Source: a virus. From it: a DNA stretch of 62,562 nucleotides. Shown piece by piece: positions 19,432 through 28,939 of the stretch; positions within the stretch are counted from its first letter, which is position 1, and each line of letters begins with the position of its first letter. Made by a program: the position numbers and the translations under genes. The notes beneath the pieces are model-generated. The model saw only the letters and a program-made list of their open reading frames with translations, was not told the origin of the DNA and did no database searches. Where the stretch lies: the UHGV virus genome UHGV-0106067; one strand, given 5' to 3'.

Positions 19432-20011
19432 TGTAATTTTTACTTACAATGAAGAATCAGCACTAACCGCCGGACAAGGTGGTTTTATTACCGAAACGGG
19501 TGCGCATATCATTAACATCACCGAAGCAGAACTCAAGCAATCAGAAAAAGGTGCCCGATTCATTGAGTTTTCTGGAGAATCCGACGACGGACGGAAAATC
19601 CAATATCTCAGTGTTTGTGTTCAGAAGAATGACGGCACTGAAAATAAATTTGGGGCGAGCATTATTCACGCCATGATGGGATGCACAGGAATTGGGCAGT
19701 TAACGCAACATATGGTTTCCGTCAGTAAATATGTTGCACCTGAGTTTCACGGAAAGAAAATCGGGTTAGTGCTCCAGAAAGTATTAACCACAAACAGAAA
19801 GACTGGCGCAGACAGTTACCAGATGGAAATCCGCATTCCATTCATTGCAGAAACAGGGCAGACACTGAAAGAAAAAGCTGAAGGAAAGAAACCAGAAACG
19901 GTAGCAAATATGGTTTCCACTCTCAAAGACAAAGACAATCGCAGCAAAAACGCAAACCCGAATCACACGGACGACCCGGGTTACTGGCAGTACGGTGGCG
20001 ATAACTTTTAA
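19424..20011 (+). CDS. hypothetical protein (possibly DUF669-like)
   Basis: 195-aa ORF overlapping exonuclease stop. Confidence 0.4.
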   Translation: MDDVIFTYNEESALTAGQGGFITETGAHIINITEAELKQSEKGARFIEFSGESDDGRKIQYLSVCVQKNDGTENKFGASIIHAMMGCTGIGQLTQHMVSVSKYVAPEFHGKKIGLVLQKVLTTNRKTGADSYQMEIRIPFIAETGQTLKEKAEGKKPETVANMVSTLKDKDNRSKNANPNHTDDPGYWQYGGDNF

Positions 20012-20085
20012 TTCACAAACAAAACCAGGCTTTAAATGCAGTGAACAACTGAAGCCTTAACACACCTCTACACGGAGATATTAAT

Positions 20086-20433
20086 ATGAACCAGCATCAA
20101 ACTGATGTTAATGTTTTCATTAACGACCTCGACGGCGGGGTATTTGTTAACAAACTTGGTGCGGTATTAAGTGAAGTTGCCTTTGGCGTAAACAGCACAA
20201 ACAAAAAAGGAAAGGTATGTGTTGAATTCGAATTATCTTCACTTGATGAAAATCGCGTATCAGTTTCCCATAAACTAAAATTCACACGCCCGACAATGCG
20301 TGGTAGTAAATCAGAAGAAGATACGACTAACACACCAATGTTTGTAAATAAAGGTGGTGAGCTTACTTTGTTCCAGAAAGACCAGGGACAGGTTTTTGAT
20401 AAACAGGGCCAACATGACGCTGTTTTACGCTGA
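20086..20433 (+). CDS. hypothetical protein
   Basis: 115-aa ORF. Confidence 0.4.
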   Translation: MNQHQTDVNVFINDLDGGVFVNKLGAVLSEVAFGVNSTNKKGKVCVEFELSSLDENRVSVSHKLKFTRPTMRGSKSEEDTTNTPMFVNKGGELTLFQKDQGQVFDKQGQHDAVLR

Positions 20434-20496
20434 ATAATCCCCGCCTTAAAACGCTCGCGCATTATCCCTAAATACATAAATTAAAGGTAAACATAC

Positions 20497-21318
20497 ATGT
20501 CTCAGTTAGATAGCAATGCCATTAAAGAAATTGTAAAACTCACCACTACTGCTTTTTCTGGTGAAAATTTGCCGCTTACGGAATGCCCTGTTGCGTTATT
20601 GCCGGACAATGTAAATATCGAAAGTCTGGAACAATTCATGACAGAACGTTTTCGTTTCCGTGGAGTCATGACCACAACCAGTATTGATGACTTTGTTGAA
20701 TACAGCAAAGGGTATGCCGATGAGTGCTCCCGCTGCTTCATTAACGCGGAAACGATGAAAGCAGTCACTGTGTTCAATATCGGCACTCTGGAGCAACCTG
20801 GACACGCTGACAACAAGGCACTGCTGGAACTGAAAGCCACATCACCATATCGCGCATTACGTGACGTGGACGGCAAAAAACAACTCCAGAAATCTCTCGC
20901 TGAATGGCTGGAAGACTGGGCCGACTTCCTCACAGCCTATGACAGCGACGGTAATGTGCTGGATATCAAACAGGCGATCTCTGCTGTCCGTCGTCTTACC
21001 ATCGACGCAAAACGCAGTGCTGAATATGAAGAGCAAAACTTCAGCGGTAGCCGCTCAGTCATGGAGTCCGTTGAGGCTAAAAGCAAAGAAATCATGCCTG
21101 CCACTTTCCGCTTTGAATGCATCCCATACGAGGGCCTGGGCAACAGGGAATTCACGCTGCGATTAAGCATTCTGACAAGCGAACAACCTGTTCTGGTGCT
21201 ACGTATCGTGCGTGTTGAAGCTGCGGAAGAAGAAATTGCCAAAGAGTTCCGTGACCTGCTGAAAGAGCGTTTCGAAGAAGAAGATATCTTAACCTTCATC
21301 GGCACGTTCTCAGTGTGA
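20497..21318 (+). CDS. hypothetical protein (DUF2303/YfdQ-like)
   Basis: 273-aa ORF. Confidence 0.45.
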   Translation: MSQLDSNAIKEIVKLTTTAFSGENLPLTECPVALLPDNVNIESLEQFMTERFRFRGVMTTTSIDDFVEYSKGYADECSRCFINAETMKAVTVFNIGTLEQPGHADNKALLELKATSPYRALRDVDGKKQLQKSLAEWLEDWADFLTAYDSDGNVLDIKQAISAVRRLTIDAKRSAEYEEQNFSGSRSVMESVEAKSKEIMPATFRFECIPYEGLGNREFTLRLSILTSEQPVLVLRIVRVEAAEEEIAKEFRDLLKERFEEEDILTFIGTFSV

Positions 21319-21394
21319 TGAAATCTGTGACAGGGACGTCACGACATATCGCTCATATTTCACGAGAAAATACACAGTTCCAGGAGGGTATACT

Positions 21395-21838
21395 ATGCAA
21401 TTTAAAGATTTACCAGAGGATATTCAGAAAATAGCTGCGGATACGCTTAAAGCCCATTTATCGGTGCTTGATTTAACAAAGGAACCAAAGGCGAATCTGG
21501 AAAATATATCCCGTAACGTGCGAAATGTTTTTGTCGGGCTGTATGCTTATGACAATGAAAAGCACGAGGAACATATTCAAAATGGTTGCATTAATAAATG
21601 TCAACAAAATATCAAACTTCCTGTTGCTGCTAAAACAGAGCAGAAAACAGATGTATTAGTATTCTGGAATACCGTTGAGGCTATCGCCAGGAGCACGATG
21701 TTGGAGTTTAACAACATCAATCATTCCGGGATCGACACTCATCAATCATCACATCGTGAGGGGTTTTCCATTCTTCTAACTCTGTTACAAGAGCAAGGCG
21801 AATATCCTCAGCCGACATCAAACGACACTGGGCAATAG
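21395..21838 (+). CDS. hypothetical protein
   Basis: 147-aa ORF with SD ccaggaggg. Confidence 0.4.
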   Translation: MQFKDLPEDIQKIAADTLKAHLSVLDLTKEPKANLENISRNVRNVFVGLYAYDNEKHEEHIQNGCINKCQQNIKLPVAAKTEQKTDVLVFWNTVEAIARSTMLEFNNINHSGIDTHQSSHREGFSILLTLLQEQGEYPQPTSNDTGQ

Positions 21839-21945
21839 TCTATTCACGTACGCTGCAACGTGAGGTCGTACCCCGGACACGGGTAAACATCCGGCAATTC
21901 CAGCTTACCACCTATTTAACCCCCTCCCCGTAACGAGACGAAGAA

Positions 21946-22824
21946 ATGAGCACTCATCATGTTGTGAGTTTTTCAGGCGGTCGGACATCGGCGTACCTCG
22001 TCCACCTTATGGAGCAACGAAGAAAAGCTGGTGAAAACGTTCATTACATACTCATGGATACGGGATGTGAACACCCGCTGACGTACCGGTTTATTCGGGA
22101 GGTTGTGAAGTTCTGGGATATTCCGCTAACCGTGTTGCAGGTCGATATAAATCCAGAGCTTGGGCAGCCAAATGGTTATACGGAATGGGAACCAAAGGAT
22201 ATTCAGACGCGAATGCCGGTGCTTAAACCGTTTATGGACATGGTAAAAAAATATGGCACGCCATACATCGGCGGCGCGTTCTGCACTGACAGATTAAAAC
22301 TCACCCCCTTCACAAAATACTGCGATGACCATTTCGGACAAGGGAACTACATCACGTGGCTGGGTATTCGTGCAGACGAACCCCGTAGGCTGAAACCGAA
22401 ACCGGGCGTCCGGTATCTTGCCGAACTGTCAGATTTTGATAAGTCGGATGTTATCCGGTGGTGGCGAAAACAACCTTTTGATTTGCAAATCCCGGAGCAC
22501 CTCGGGAACTGTGTTTTCTGCATCAAAAAGTCAACGCAAAAGCTGGGGCTTGCATGTAAAGACGAACCTGGTCTGATGCGGGTTTTTAATGAACTGGTTA
22601 CAGGCAAACACGTCAGGGATGGTCATCGCAGAACAGGTAAAGACGTTATGTACCGTGGTCACCTGACGCTTGACGGGATTGCCAGGATGTATGCCGACAG
22701 CGACTACAGCAATTTGTATCAAGCGATGGTGCTGGCCAAGCGGTTTGATACTGGTTCGTGTTCCGAATCATGTGAAATCTGGGGTGACCAATTGGAGTTG
22801 AAATTCGAAGAGGTAGTGGCATGA
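21946..22824 (+). CDS. PAPS-reductase-like PP-loop ATPase family protein
   Basis: N-terminal VVSFSGGRTSAY PP-loop-like motif; paired cysteines near C-terminus. Confidence 0.6.
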   Translation: MSTHHVVSFSGGRTSAYLVHLMEQRRKAGENVHYILMDTGCEHPLTYRFIREVVKFWDIPLTVLQVDINPELGQPNGYTEWEPKDIQTRMPVLKPFMDMVKKYGTPYIGGAFCTDRLKLTPFTKYCDDHFGQGNYITWLGIRADEPRRLKPKPGVRYLAELSDFDKSDVIRWWRKQPFDLQIPEHLGNCVFCIKKSTQKLGLACKDEPGLMRVFNELVTGKHVRDGHRRTGKDVMYRGHLTLDGIARMYADSDYSNLYQAMVLAKRFDTGSCSESCEIWGDQLELKFEEVVA

Positions 22825-23024
22825 CAATCGTAAAAACCCATACCGGCATTGTGATCACCAAAGACGGCCCGCAGGTAAAAAAACTTCACCAGACAGAGCG
22901 GATGTGGGTCGTCGGCAAAAACGAGTTTTACCACAAAGAAACCGGACGCCGCCACTTTGCAGAAAATACGCGCCGCAGACTGCTGATCGACACAATCAAG
23001 CCTGTCGAGGTGAAGCATGTTTAA
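22821..23024 (+). CDS. hypothetical protein
   Basis: 67-aa ORF coupled to upstream gene. Confidence 0.35.
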   Translation: MTIVKTHTGIVITKDGPQVKKLHQTERMWVVGKNEFYHKETGRRHFAENTRRRLLIDTIKPVEVKHV

Positions 23025-23256
23025 ACAGAACGAAAAATCTATCGCTCAAATTGCTGAGTATATCCCGCGTACGTGCCGGGGTATGCAGTTGCAAGAAGCC
23101 AAAGCGCGCCTGGAGAAAAAAATTGCGCTCTATATCGATGACGGCTGTGATGCTGCCGTTCTTAACGCGGCTTTCGCACCAGCTCTTAACTGTCATACGC
23201 GGGAATCTTTTTTTTCGTGCATCGCAGCGCAGATCCACAAAGGAGGCAACCAGTGA
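23017..23256 (+). CDS. hypothetical protein
   Basis: 79-aa ORF. Confidence 0.3.
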   Translation: MFKQNEKSIAQIAEYIPRTCRGMQLQEAKARLEKKIALYIDDGCDAAVLNAAFAPALNCHTRESFFSCIAAQIHKGGNQ

Positions 23257-23735
23257 GCAAGATTGACTATCAGGCACTGCGTGATGCGGCAGTAGCAATT
23301 GAAACAGTAGCAACGCCTCAGAAATTGCTGGCATTTCGTATGAAAGTCACACCTCAGGTTGTGCTGGCACTGCTGGATGAACGGGAAAGAAACCAGCAAT
23401 ACATCAAACGCCGCGACCATGAGAACGAGGATATTGCGCTAACGGTAGGGAAGCTGCGTGTTGAGCTTGAGGAAGCAAAATCAAAACTCAACGAGCAGCG
23501 TGAGTATTACGAAGGTGTTATCTCGGATGGGAGTAAGCGCATAGCAGAGTTAGAAAGTGATTCTCAGGAACAAAAGTTAGTTGAAGCAATCATTGTTGCG
23601 ATAGAAAACGAACAGGAACGTCTTTTTGATGAAGATTACCTAATGGATTCGAAAGAATGCATTGACGTAATTCGTGAAGAAGTAAAGCGATGGAATGATT
23701 CCCGCGCCGCTGGCATTCGCATCAAAGGAGAGTGA
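23253..23735 (+). CDS. hypothetical coiled-coil protein
   Basis: GTG start 6 nt after SD aggagg; overlaps upstream stop (GTGA). Confidence 0.4.
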   Translation: MSKIDYQALRDAAVAIETVATPQKLLAFRMKVTPQVVLALLDERERNQQYIKRRDHENEDIALTVGKLRVELEEAKSKLNEQREYYEGVISDGSKRIAELESDSQEQKLVEAIIVAIENEQERLFDEDYLMDSKECIDVIREEVKRWNDSRAAGIRIKGE

Positions 23736-23736
23736 G

Positions 23737-24492
23737 ATGATTCACTACCACGGTGGGCCTATTACTCCTGATACGTGCGCAATGAGAGCATGGAAAGGGC
23801 GACATGCGTTTATCAGTTTTGCGCATTCAGGCCAGATCAATCTCGCGGCTGAATACTGTCAGTCGTTCGCGCTGGACAACGGTGCATTCACCGCCTGGAA
23901 AGCAGCTGGCAAAAACAAAATCGACTGGAGCGATTACTACGAGTTTGTTGCTCGCTGGAAGAATCACCCAGGATTCGATTTTGCCATTATCCCGGATGTT
24001 ATTGATGGCGGAGAGGAGGAAAATGATGCGCTTCTGAATGAGTGGCCTCACGGAAAACTAGCTGGCGTTCCAGTGTGGCACATGAATGAAAGTGACGAGC
24101 GATTTATTCATTTGTGCAATGAGTTTCCGCGAGTGGCTATCGGTAGTTGTGGCGACTATGACGTAAAGCGCCCAACTCTTGCGGTAGCCAGAATGAAAGA
24201 CCTGATTCGTCACATTGTTGATGGGCATGGTCAGCCGGTTACGAAACTACATGGATTGCGCATGTTAAATCCGCTGATATTCACAAAATTACCCTTAGCC
24301 AGCGCAGATAGTACGAACGTCGCTCGAAACATCGGTATTGATAAAGCCTGGTCTGGGGCTTATGCACCTGCAAGTAAAGAGACACGCGCAGCATTAATGG
24401 TAGAACGGATTGAGGCACACAATAGCCCTGGTTCTCTTGCGTATTGTGAACAACGCGACCGCTTTGAAATGCAATTGCAACTAGCAGTTTAA
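23737..24492 (+). CDS. hypothetical protein
   Basis: 252 aa from MIHYHGGPITP; SD aaaggagag. Confidence 0.45.
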   Translation: MIHYHGGPITPDTCAMRAWKGRHAFISFAHSGQINLAAEYCQSFALDNGAFTAWKAAGKNKIDWSDYYEFVARWKNHPGFDFAIIPDVIDGGEEENDALLNEWPHGKLAGVPVWHMNESDERFIHLCNEFPRVAIGSCGDYDVKRPTLAVARMKDLIRHIVDGHGQPVTKLHGLRMLNPLIFTKLPLASADSTNVARNIGIDKAWSGAYAPASKETRAALMVERIEAHNSPGSLAYCEQRDRFEMQLQLAV

Positions 24493-24502
24493 GGACTAAC
24501 AA

Positions 24503-24901
24503 ATGACCACTATTACTAAAGAACGTATTGAATTGTTCATTAAAAATCAGCTTGAAAACGGGCTTACTCGTAGCGAACAAATGGAAGTGGCACGGATTGC
24601 TTTGGCATCGCTGGAAGCAGAACCTGTAAGCCAAACTTACAAGTTGAACGAGCTATCTGGCAACTCTCCGGTAACTCCGGATGGTTGGATAAGCTGTAGT
24701 GAGCGAATGCCGAACGATAAACAGTATGTTTGGTGTTGGGGTAAGTCTTACGGCTGGACTGAGTGCGATACCTTCGAAGGGTATTACGATTGGTCGAGAA
24801 ACAAATGGTGGGCAGTTACTGACAATGGGGAAGAACCGGCATCGAAAGTAACCCACTGGATGCCGCTACCAGAACCTCCGCAGGAGGTTAACCGTGGCTA
24901 A
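24503..24901 (+). CDS. DUF551-domain protein
   Basis: C-terminal W..THWMPLPEPP segment typical of DUF551. Confidence 0.55.
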   Translation: MTTITKERIELFIKNQLENGLTRSEQMEVARIALASLEAEPVSQTYKLNELSGNSPVTPDGWISCSERMPNDKQYVWCWGKSYGWTECDTFEGYYDWSRNKWWAVTDNGEEPASKVTHWMPLPEPPQEVNRG

Positions 24902-25175
24902 CCTGCAACTTGCCGTCAAAGGTGAATACTTCGATGCCATGATTCGCGGGGAGAAAACGGAAGAGTATCGCTTGTGTAATGACTACTGGAATAAGCGAAT
25001 CATGTTCCGGGAATATGACCGCCTGATTATCACAAAGGGATATCCGAAGCGCGACGATTCCAGCCGCAGAATTGATATTCCGTATGGCGGATATGAAATC
25101 AAGACAATCACACATCCGCACTTCGGTGATAAACCGGTAAAGGTATACGCGATAAAGGTAAATATTGATGGCTAA
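24894..25175 (+). CDS. ASCH-like small protein
   Basis: 93-aa ORF, overlaps upstream stop. Confidence 0.4.
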   Translation: MANLQLAVKGEYFDAMIRGEKTEEYRLCNDYWNKRIMFREYDRLIITKGYPKRDDSSRRIDIPYGGYEIKTITHPHFGDKPVKVYAIKVNIDG

Positions 25176-25264
25176 ATCAGCAGCAGAGCGCAACTAACAA
25201 TCCTCGCACTCGCGGGGATTTCTTTTATGCGAACTCGCTACGGCGAGCTTGAGAGGTTAACACG

Positions 25265-26002
25265 ATGAAAAATAATATAATGAAAAATGGAACTATCGAC
25301 AGCCAGGCTCTGTTGAAAATGGTGAATGAAGCGCGGAGACTGTGCGGTGAAAAAGAAGTACGCAACAACGACTTCATTGCACGCATCAAAGATGAACTTG
25401 AGGGGGAGGGTTACGAAAATTTCGTAACCCCCATGGATAAGAAAAAAGGTGGTGCGGATCAGGTTGTTATTGTGATGACCTATAAACAAGCGCTTCGGGT
25501 TGCCGCTCGTGAATCTAAATCCGTCCGTCGTTCGCTGGTCGATCAACTGGAGTCAATGCAACAGCAACTGCAACAAAAAACCACCACGAAACATTCGACT
25601 AACGGCCTTGAGGAATTCCGCAAAGCGCGGGCGCTGAAAATGACCGTCGATACAATGAAAGACCTTTTCGGATTCCTCCCCAACCTTGCCCCTGAAGCCA
25701 AACAGGTCGTTGCCGCCAGCCTGGTTAATCCCGTTGTAGGCGCTAACGTAATCCCGCTACCGATGATCAATGAACATTACTATTCGGCGTCAGAAGTTGG
25801 AGTGCAACTCAAAATATCCGCTAACAAGGTTGGTCGCATTGCCAATACCTACATGCTCAAAACAGAACAATACGGGAAATGGTTCATCGACAAATCCCCG
25901 CACTCGGATAAGCAGGTAGAAACCTTTCGCTATAATAATCGGGGAGTACAGAAGATCGAAGAAATCCTGGAGGCGGAGAACAACGCAGAGTTTGGAACAT
26001 GA
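25265..26002 (+). CDS. putative antirepressor-like DNA-binding protein
   Basis: 245-aa ORF at the end of the early-left operon next to the integration module. Confidence 0.35.
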   Translation: MKNNIMKNGTIDSQALLKMVNEARRLCGEKEVRNNDFIARIKDELEGEGYENFVTPMDKKKGGADQVVIVMTYKQALRVAARESKSVRRSLVDQLESMQQQLQQKTTTKHSTNGLEEFRKARALKMTVDTMKDLFGFLPNLAPEAKQVVAASLVNPVVGANVIPLPMINEHYYSASEVGVQLKISANKVGRIANTYMLKTEQYGKWFIDKSPHSDKQVETFRYNNRGVQKIEEILEAENNAEFGT

Positions 26003-26075
26003 CATCCCCGTCGTGAATGACGGGGGGGAGGCTTACTGTGTGTCGGAGTAGTATTTACGTGTTCAGAAAAGAGAT

Positions 26076-26750
26076 TCATATAGAGGCTGAATCTGATCTT
26101 TTTTGGTCACATCTGGCTTCCACCATTGCAGGCAGAGTGAAGGCGTAGACTAAAAACATTTCGGTAAAACTCAGTATCTGGCTTGCCTCAATTGGTGTGA
26201 ATACTTCATCTGTATGAACTGCTTTATTGGCATCTATTCGTACAATATGAGCCCATTCCTTCATCTGTTCAGTGATCAGGCCTTTTTTGTAAATCATCTG
26301 AATACGTTGCGACAGAGATTCTTTTCCTGCTTCATCGCCGAGCAGTTTTTTCGTTGAGATATCGAGGACTCTGCGACAAAGAATAACCACTGTGTCGTAC
26401 CGCCTCCTCTGTAAATCCTCTTTTGCCTCAACAAAAGTACGGTCTGCAACCGGGGGCGTATATTCTGGTGCGGTAATTTTTTTGACCGCAGGATAGATCT
26501 TGCGGAAACGGTACTGGCTATTTCCTGAAATCAGAATATCAAGGTCTTTTTTCTGGCTTTCCGCCATAGGGCCGTGATAGTGGTCTGATGGGATTTCAAC
26601 AATAGCAACACCTCCTTGATGACAACTTCTGCATACAAAAGCGACGTTAAAAAGAGGTGTTTTTTCAATTTGTTTTTCGGCAAATGCCTCAATAACAGCT
26701 CGCTCTTTTAAACAGTGCGGGCATGTAATGTCAAAGGAGACTAAACCCAT
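26076..26750 (-). CDS. zinc-ribbon + DUF4145 (HEPN-like) protein, candidate abortive-infection/defence effector
   Basis: N-terminal CPHC...CRSC; C-terminal SQRIQMIYKKGLITEQMKEWAHIVRIDANKAVH matches recalled DUF4145 signature (R-x2-GN-x-AAH); SD gagg 7 nt upstream of ATG at 26750. Confidence 0.5.
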   Translation of the reverse strand: MGLVSFDITCPHCLKERAVIEAFAEKQIEKTPLFNVAFVCRSCHQGGVAIVEIPSDHYHGPMAESQKKDLDILISGNSQYRFRKIYPAVKKITAPEYTPPVADRTFVEAKEDLQRRRYDTVVILCRRVLDISTKKLLGDEAGKESLSQRIQMIYKKGLITEQMKEWAHIVRIDANKAVHTDEVFTPIEASQILSFTEMFLVYAFTLPAMVEARCDQKRSDSASI

Positions 26751-27030
26751 GGATATTCCTCGCGAAATTAAAGAAATTAACGAAATCATTGAGGTTACTG
26801 ATCGCCCCGAGTTTACCCTCATGTGGCGCTATGAAACAGGAACCGACGAGCAAAAATACATCATGGTTGCAGCATTGGCTGTGATGGCGATAGAAAGGGA
26901 GCGGATGGAAAGGAACGTAATAGTTATTCCTGAGAGAAATGATTCACCGGATCTGAGATGGCAGGGGCCGGAGTGGATGTGGCAATCCGGTGATGATATT
27001 TCTTCTCTGGGGGAAGCGCCGCCAGAATGA
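26749..27030 (+). CDS. small acidic hypothetical protein, divergent from DUF4145 gene with overlapping start codons
   Basis: ATG at 26749 shares the palindromic CCATGG with minus-strand ATG at 26750; SD aaggag upstream; could be a shadow ORF. Confidence 0.25.
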   Translation: MDIPREIKEINEIIEVTDRPEFTLMWRYETGTDEQKYIMVAALAVMAIERERMERNVIVIPERNDSPDLRWQGPEWMWQSGDDISSLGEAPPE

Positions 27031-27277
27031 CGGCGCGGTAGTGAAGGTAATCAAACATTTATGGCCTGAATCCCGTTTTTTTCAATAACGGAAAGAAGCG
27101 CGCCGCGCCGGGCGGAAACAGAAACGATGGGAGGGTGCATGTAAGGCGTTGCAAGAACTGAATAAATACCGTGACTTGATCAACGAATTGTCAGAGTGAG
27201 CGAAGCGGGAATCCACGTCCTTTAGGGCGTGGATGATATCAGGCTGTTGAAATACATGTAGAAAAGGAGCGCATACT

Positions 27278-27445
27278 ATGACCGAAAAAGAGGTTTCTGA
27301 TTTGTTACAAAAAAGGCGCACAGCTTTGTATAATTTGCGAAAAAAACACGGATTCCCGGAACCAGTACTTACTCATCCGGCGCGATATAGTCGTCAGGCC
27401 GTTGAACAATGGCTTAAAGCCGGAGGAATTAACCGAGCTGTTTAG
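27278..27445 (+). CDS. AlpA-family excisionase / DNA-binding regulator
   Basis: 55-aa ORF MTEKEVSDLLQKRRTALYNLRKKHGFPEPVLTHPARYSRQAVEQWLKAGG with SD aaaggag; not in ORF track (<60 aa); convergent with integrase, overlapping its 3-prime end by 17 bp. Confidence 0.55.
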   Translation: MTEKEVSDLLQKRRTALYNLRKKHGFPEPVLTHPARYSRQAVEQWLKAGGINRAV

Positions 27446-28673
27446 CGTGCCAGAAAATTTTATCAGCATACAACTCATACGCATCTTTCTGTTCCGACAA
27501 CCAGTCGTGTTTATTATACACGGCCATAACTCCCCCAAGTTCATGCCCCAGCATTTTTTCAGTGACGTGGGGCATAATTCCTTCCCCAGATAAATTCGTT
27601 ACCAGAGAACGCCTAAAATCATGCGTTCTCCATTCAGGAATATCAATTTTCTCCCTTAACTTTTTCATGTACAAATTAGCCGACGAACGATCAATAGGTT
27701 TATCTATTTCCTGCCCGGGGAATAGCACATCAAAACCCGCATTAAGCAATCTCTCGATATAAGGTTTAACCTGAGTGAATACCGGACGCCGGATAATATT
27801 CCCCATTTTTGAATGCTCTTTTGGGGTTGTCCAGACCAGATCTTCCATGTTGAACTCACTGGCTGTCGCGAGACGTAGCTCAGAAAGTCTGGCCCCCCAT
27901 AGCAATAGCAATTGATGTAACACCTTGTTGGAAGTAACTACTTTTGAGTTCTCCAGCGCCAGCCAAATTTTTGCCAGTTCCGTATAGGTAAGTACACGAC
28001 TCCCTACATCTGGTTTTTTCCCAATATTCTTAACACTAAGCTTGAGTAATTCGCATGATGGGATTAACTGGCGGCTGATACACCAGTTAATAACTGAACG
28101 CAGTTGTAACAACAAAACACGAGCCTTTTTCTTGTTGAGGCTTTCTTGTTTGTCAAAGAAACGAGCCCATGCCGATACTGGGATACTGGCAACTGGCGAG
28201 CCTTCAAACTGTGTGTACATAGTGTTGTACACGACGGATCTGTAAAGCGTCTGTGTATTGGGTTTCAGATCAGTAACATACTTATCCCACCACTGATCCA
28301 GGCATTCTTTTAATGTCAGTTCGCCGTCACTGGGCGCAAAATAATTTTTAGGGTTAACTCCCTTCATGTACAATGCGCGCATCTCACCGACGATAACACG
28401 CGCGTCCTTCAGTGAAGTAGACGGATAGCGCCCGACAGTAAGACGTACTGGCTTACCATTCCAGCGATAACGGTACTGAAACGTGATAGTTCCTGCTGGA
28501 GTAATCCGCACACTTAACCCGTCACCATCGGTGATTTCAGCAGGGCCAGAGTAGGGTTTTCCGTAGAGGCCTCGTAGTTTGGTGTCGCTCAGTGCCAATG
28601 CTTTATATCCTGTACACAAGTTTATAATGTATTCTGTACTCAATATGTACGCATTAGCAAGTGAACAAAACAC
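27429..28673 (-). CDS. int: tyrosine recombinase / phage integrase (P4-like family)
   Basis: 414 aa; C-terminal catalytic region with HDFRRS...GH...Y arrangement; true start uncertain. Confidence 0.8.
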   Translation of the reverse strand: MFCSLANAYILSTEYIINLCTGYKALALSDTKLRGLYGKPYSGPAEITDGDGLSVRITPAGTITFQYRYRWNGKPVRLTVGRYPSTSLKDARVIVGEMRALYMKGVNPKNYFAPSDGELTLKECLDQWWDKYVTDLKPNTQTLYRSVVYNTMYTQFEGSPVASIPVSAWARFFDKQESLNKKKARVLLLQLRSVINWCISRQLIPSCELLKLSVKNIGKKPDVGSRVLTYTELAKIWLALENSKVVTSNKVLHQLLLLWGARLSELRLATASEFNMEDLVWTTPKEHSKMGNIIRRPVFTQVKPYIERLLNAGFDVLFPGQEIDKPIDRSSANLYMKKLREKIDIPEWRTHDFRRSLVTNLSGEGIMPHVTEKMLGHELGGVMAVYNKHDWLSEQKDAYELYADKIFWHAKQLG

Positions 28674-28939
28674 TTTTCAACGCAAAAGAAGATAATCAAC
28701 CATGAACAAAAACGAACTTACACCTTGATTTTAAAACCATAAAGACGGTATTATCAGTCATATGGTGAACAACCAAAATCAATACGCAACAATGTCCTCT
28801 TAGTTAAATGGATATAATGAATACAAGCATTAACTAATTGATTTAAATACAGAAAGCACCAAAATAATCGTCATATCCGTACCCATTTATGTACACATCC
28901 CGTTAAGCATGCCCCGCACTTCCGTACGGGGCATGTTCT
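28674..28939. other. AT-rich intergenic region beside int: candidate attP
   Basis: no ORF; 9-bp inverted repeat catgccccg/cggggcatg at its right edge. Confidence 0.3.
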
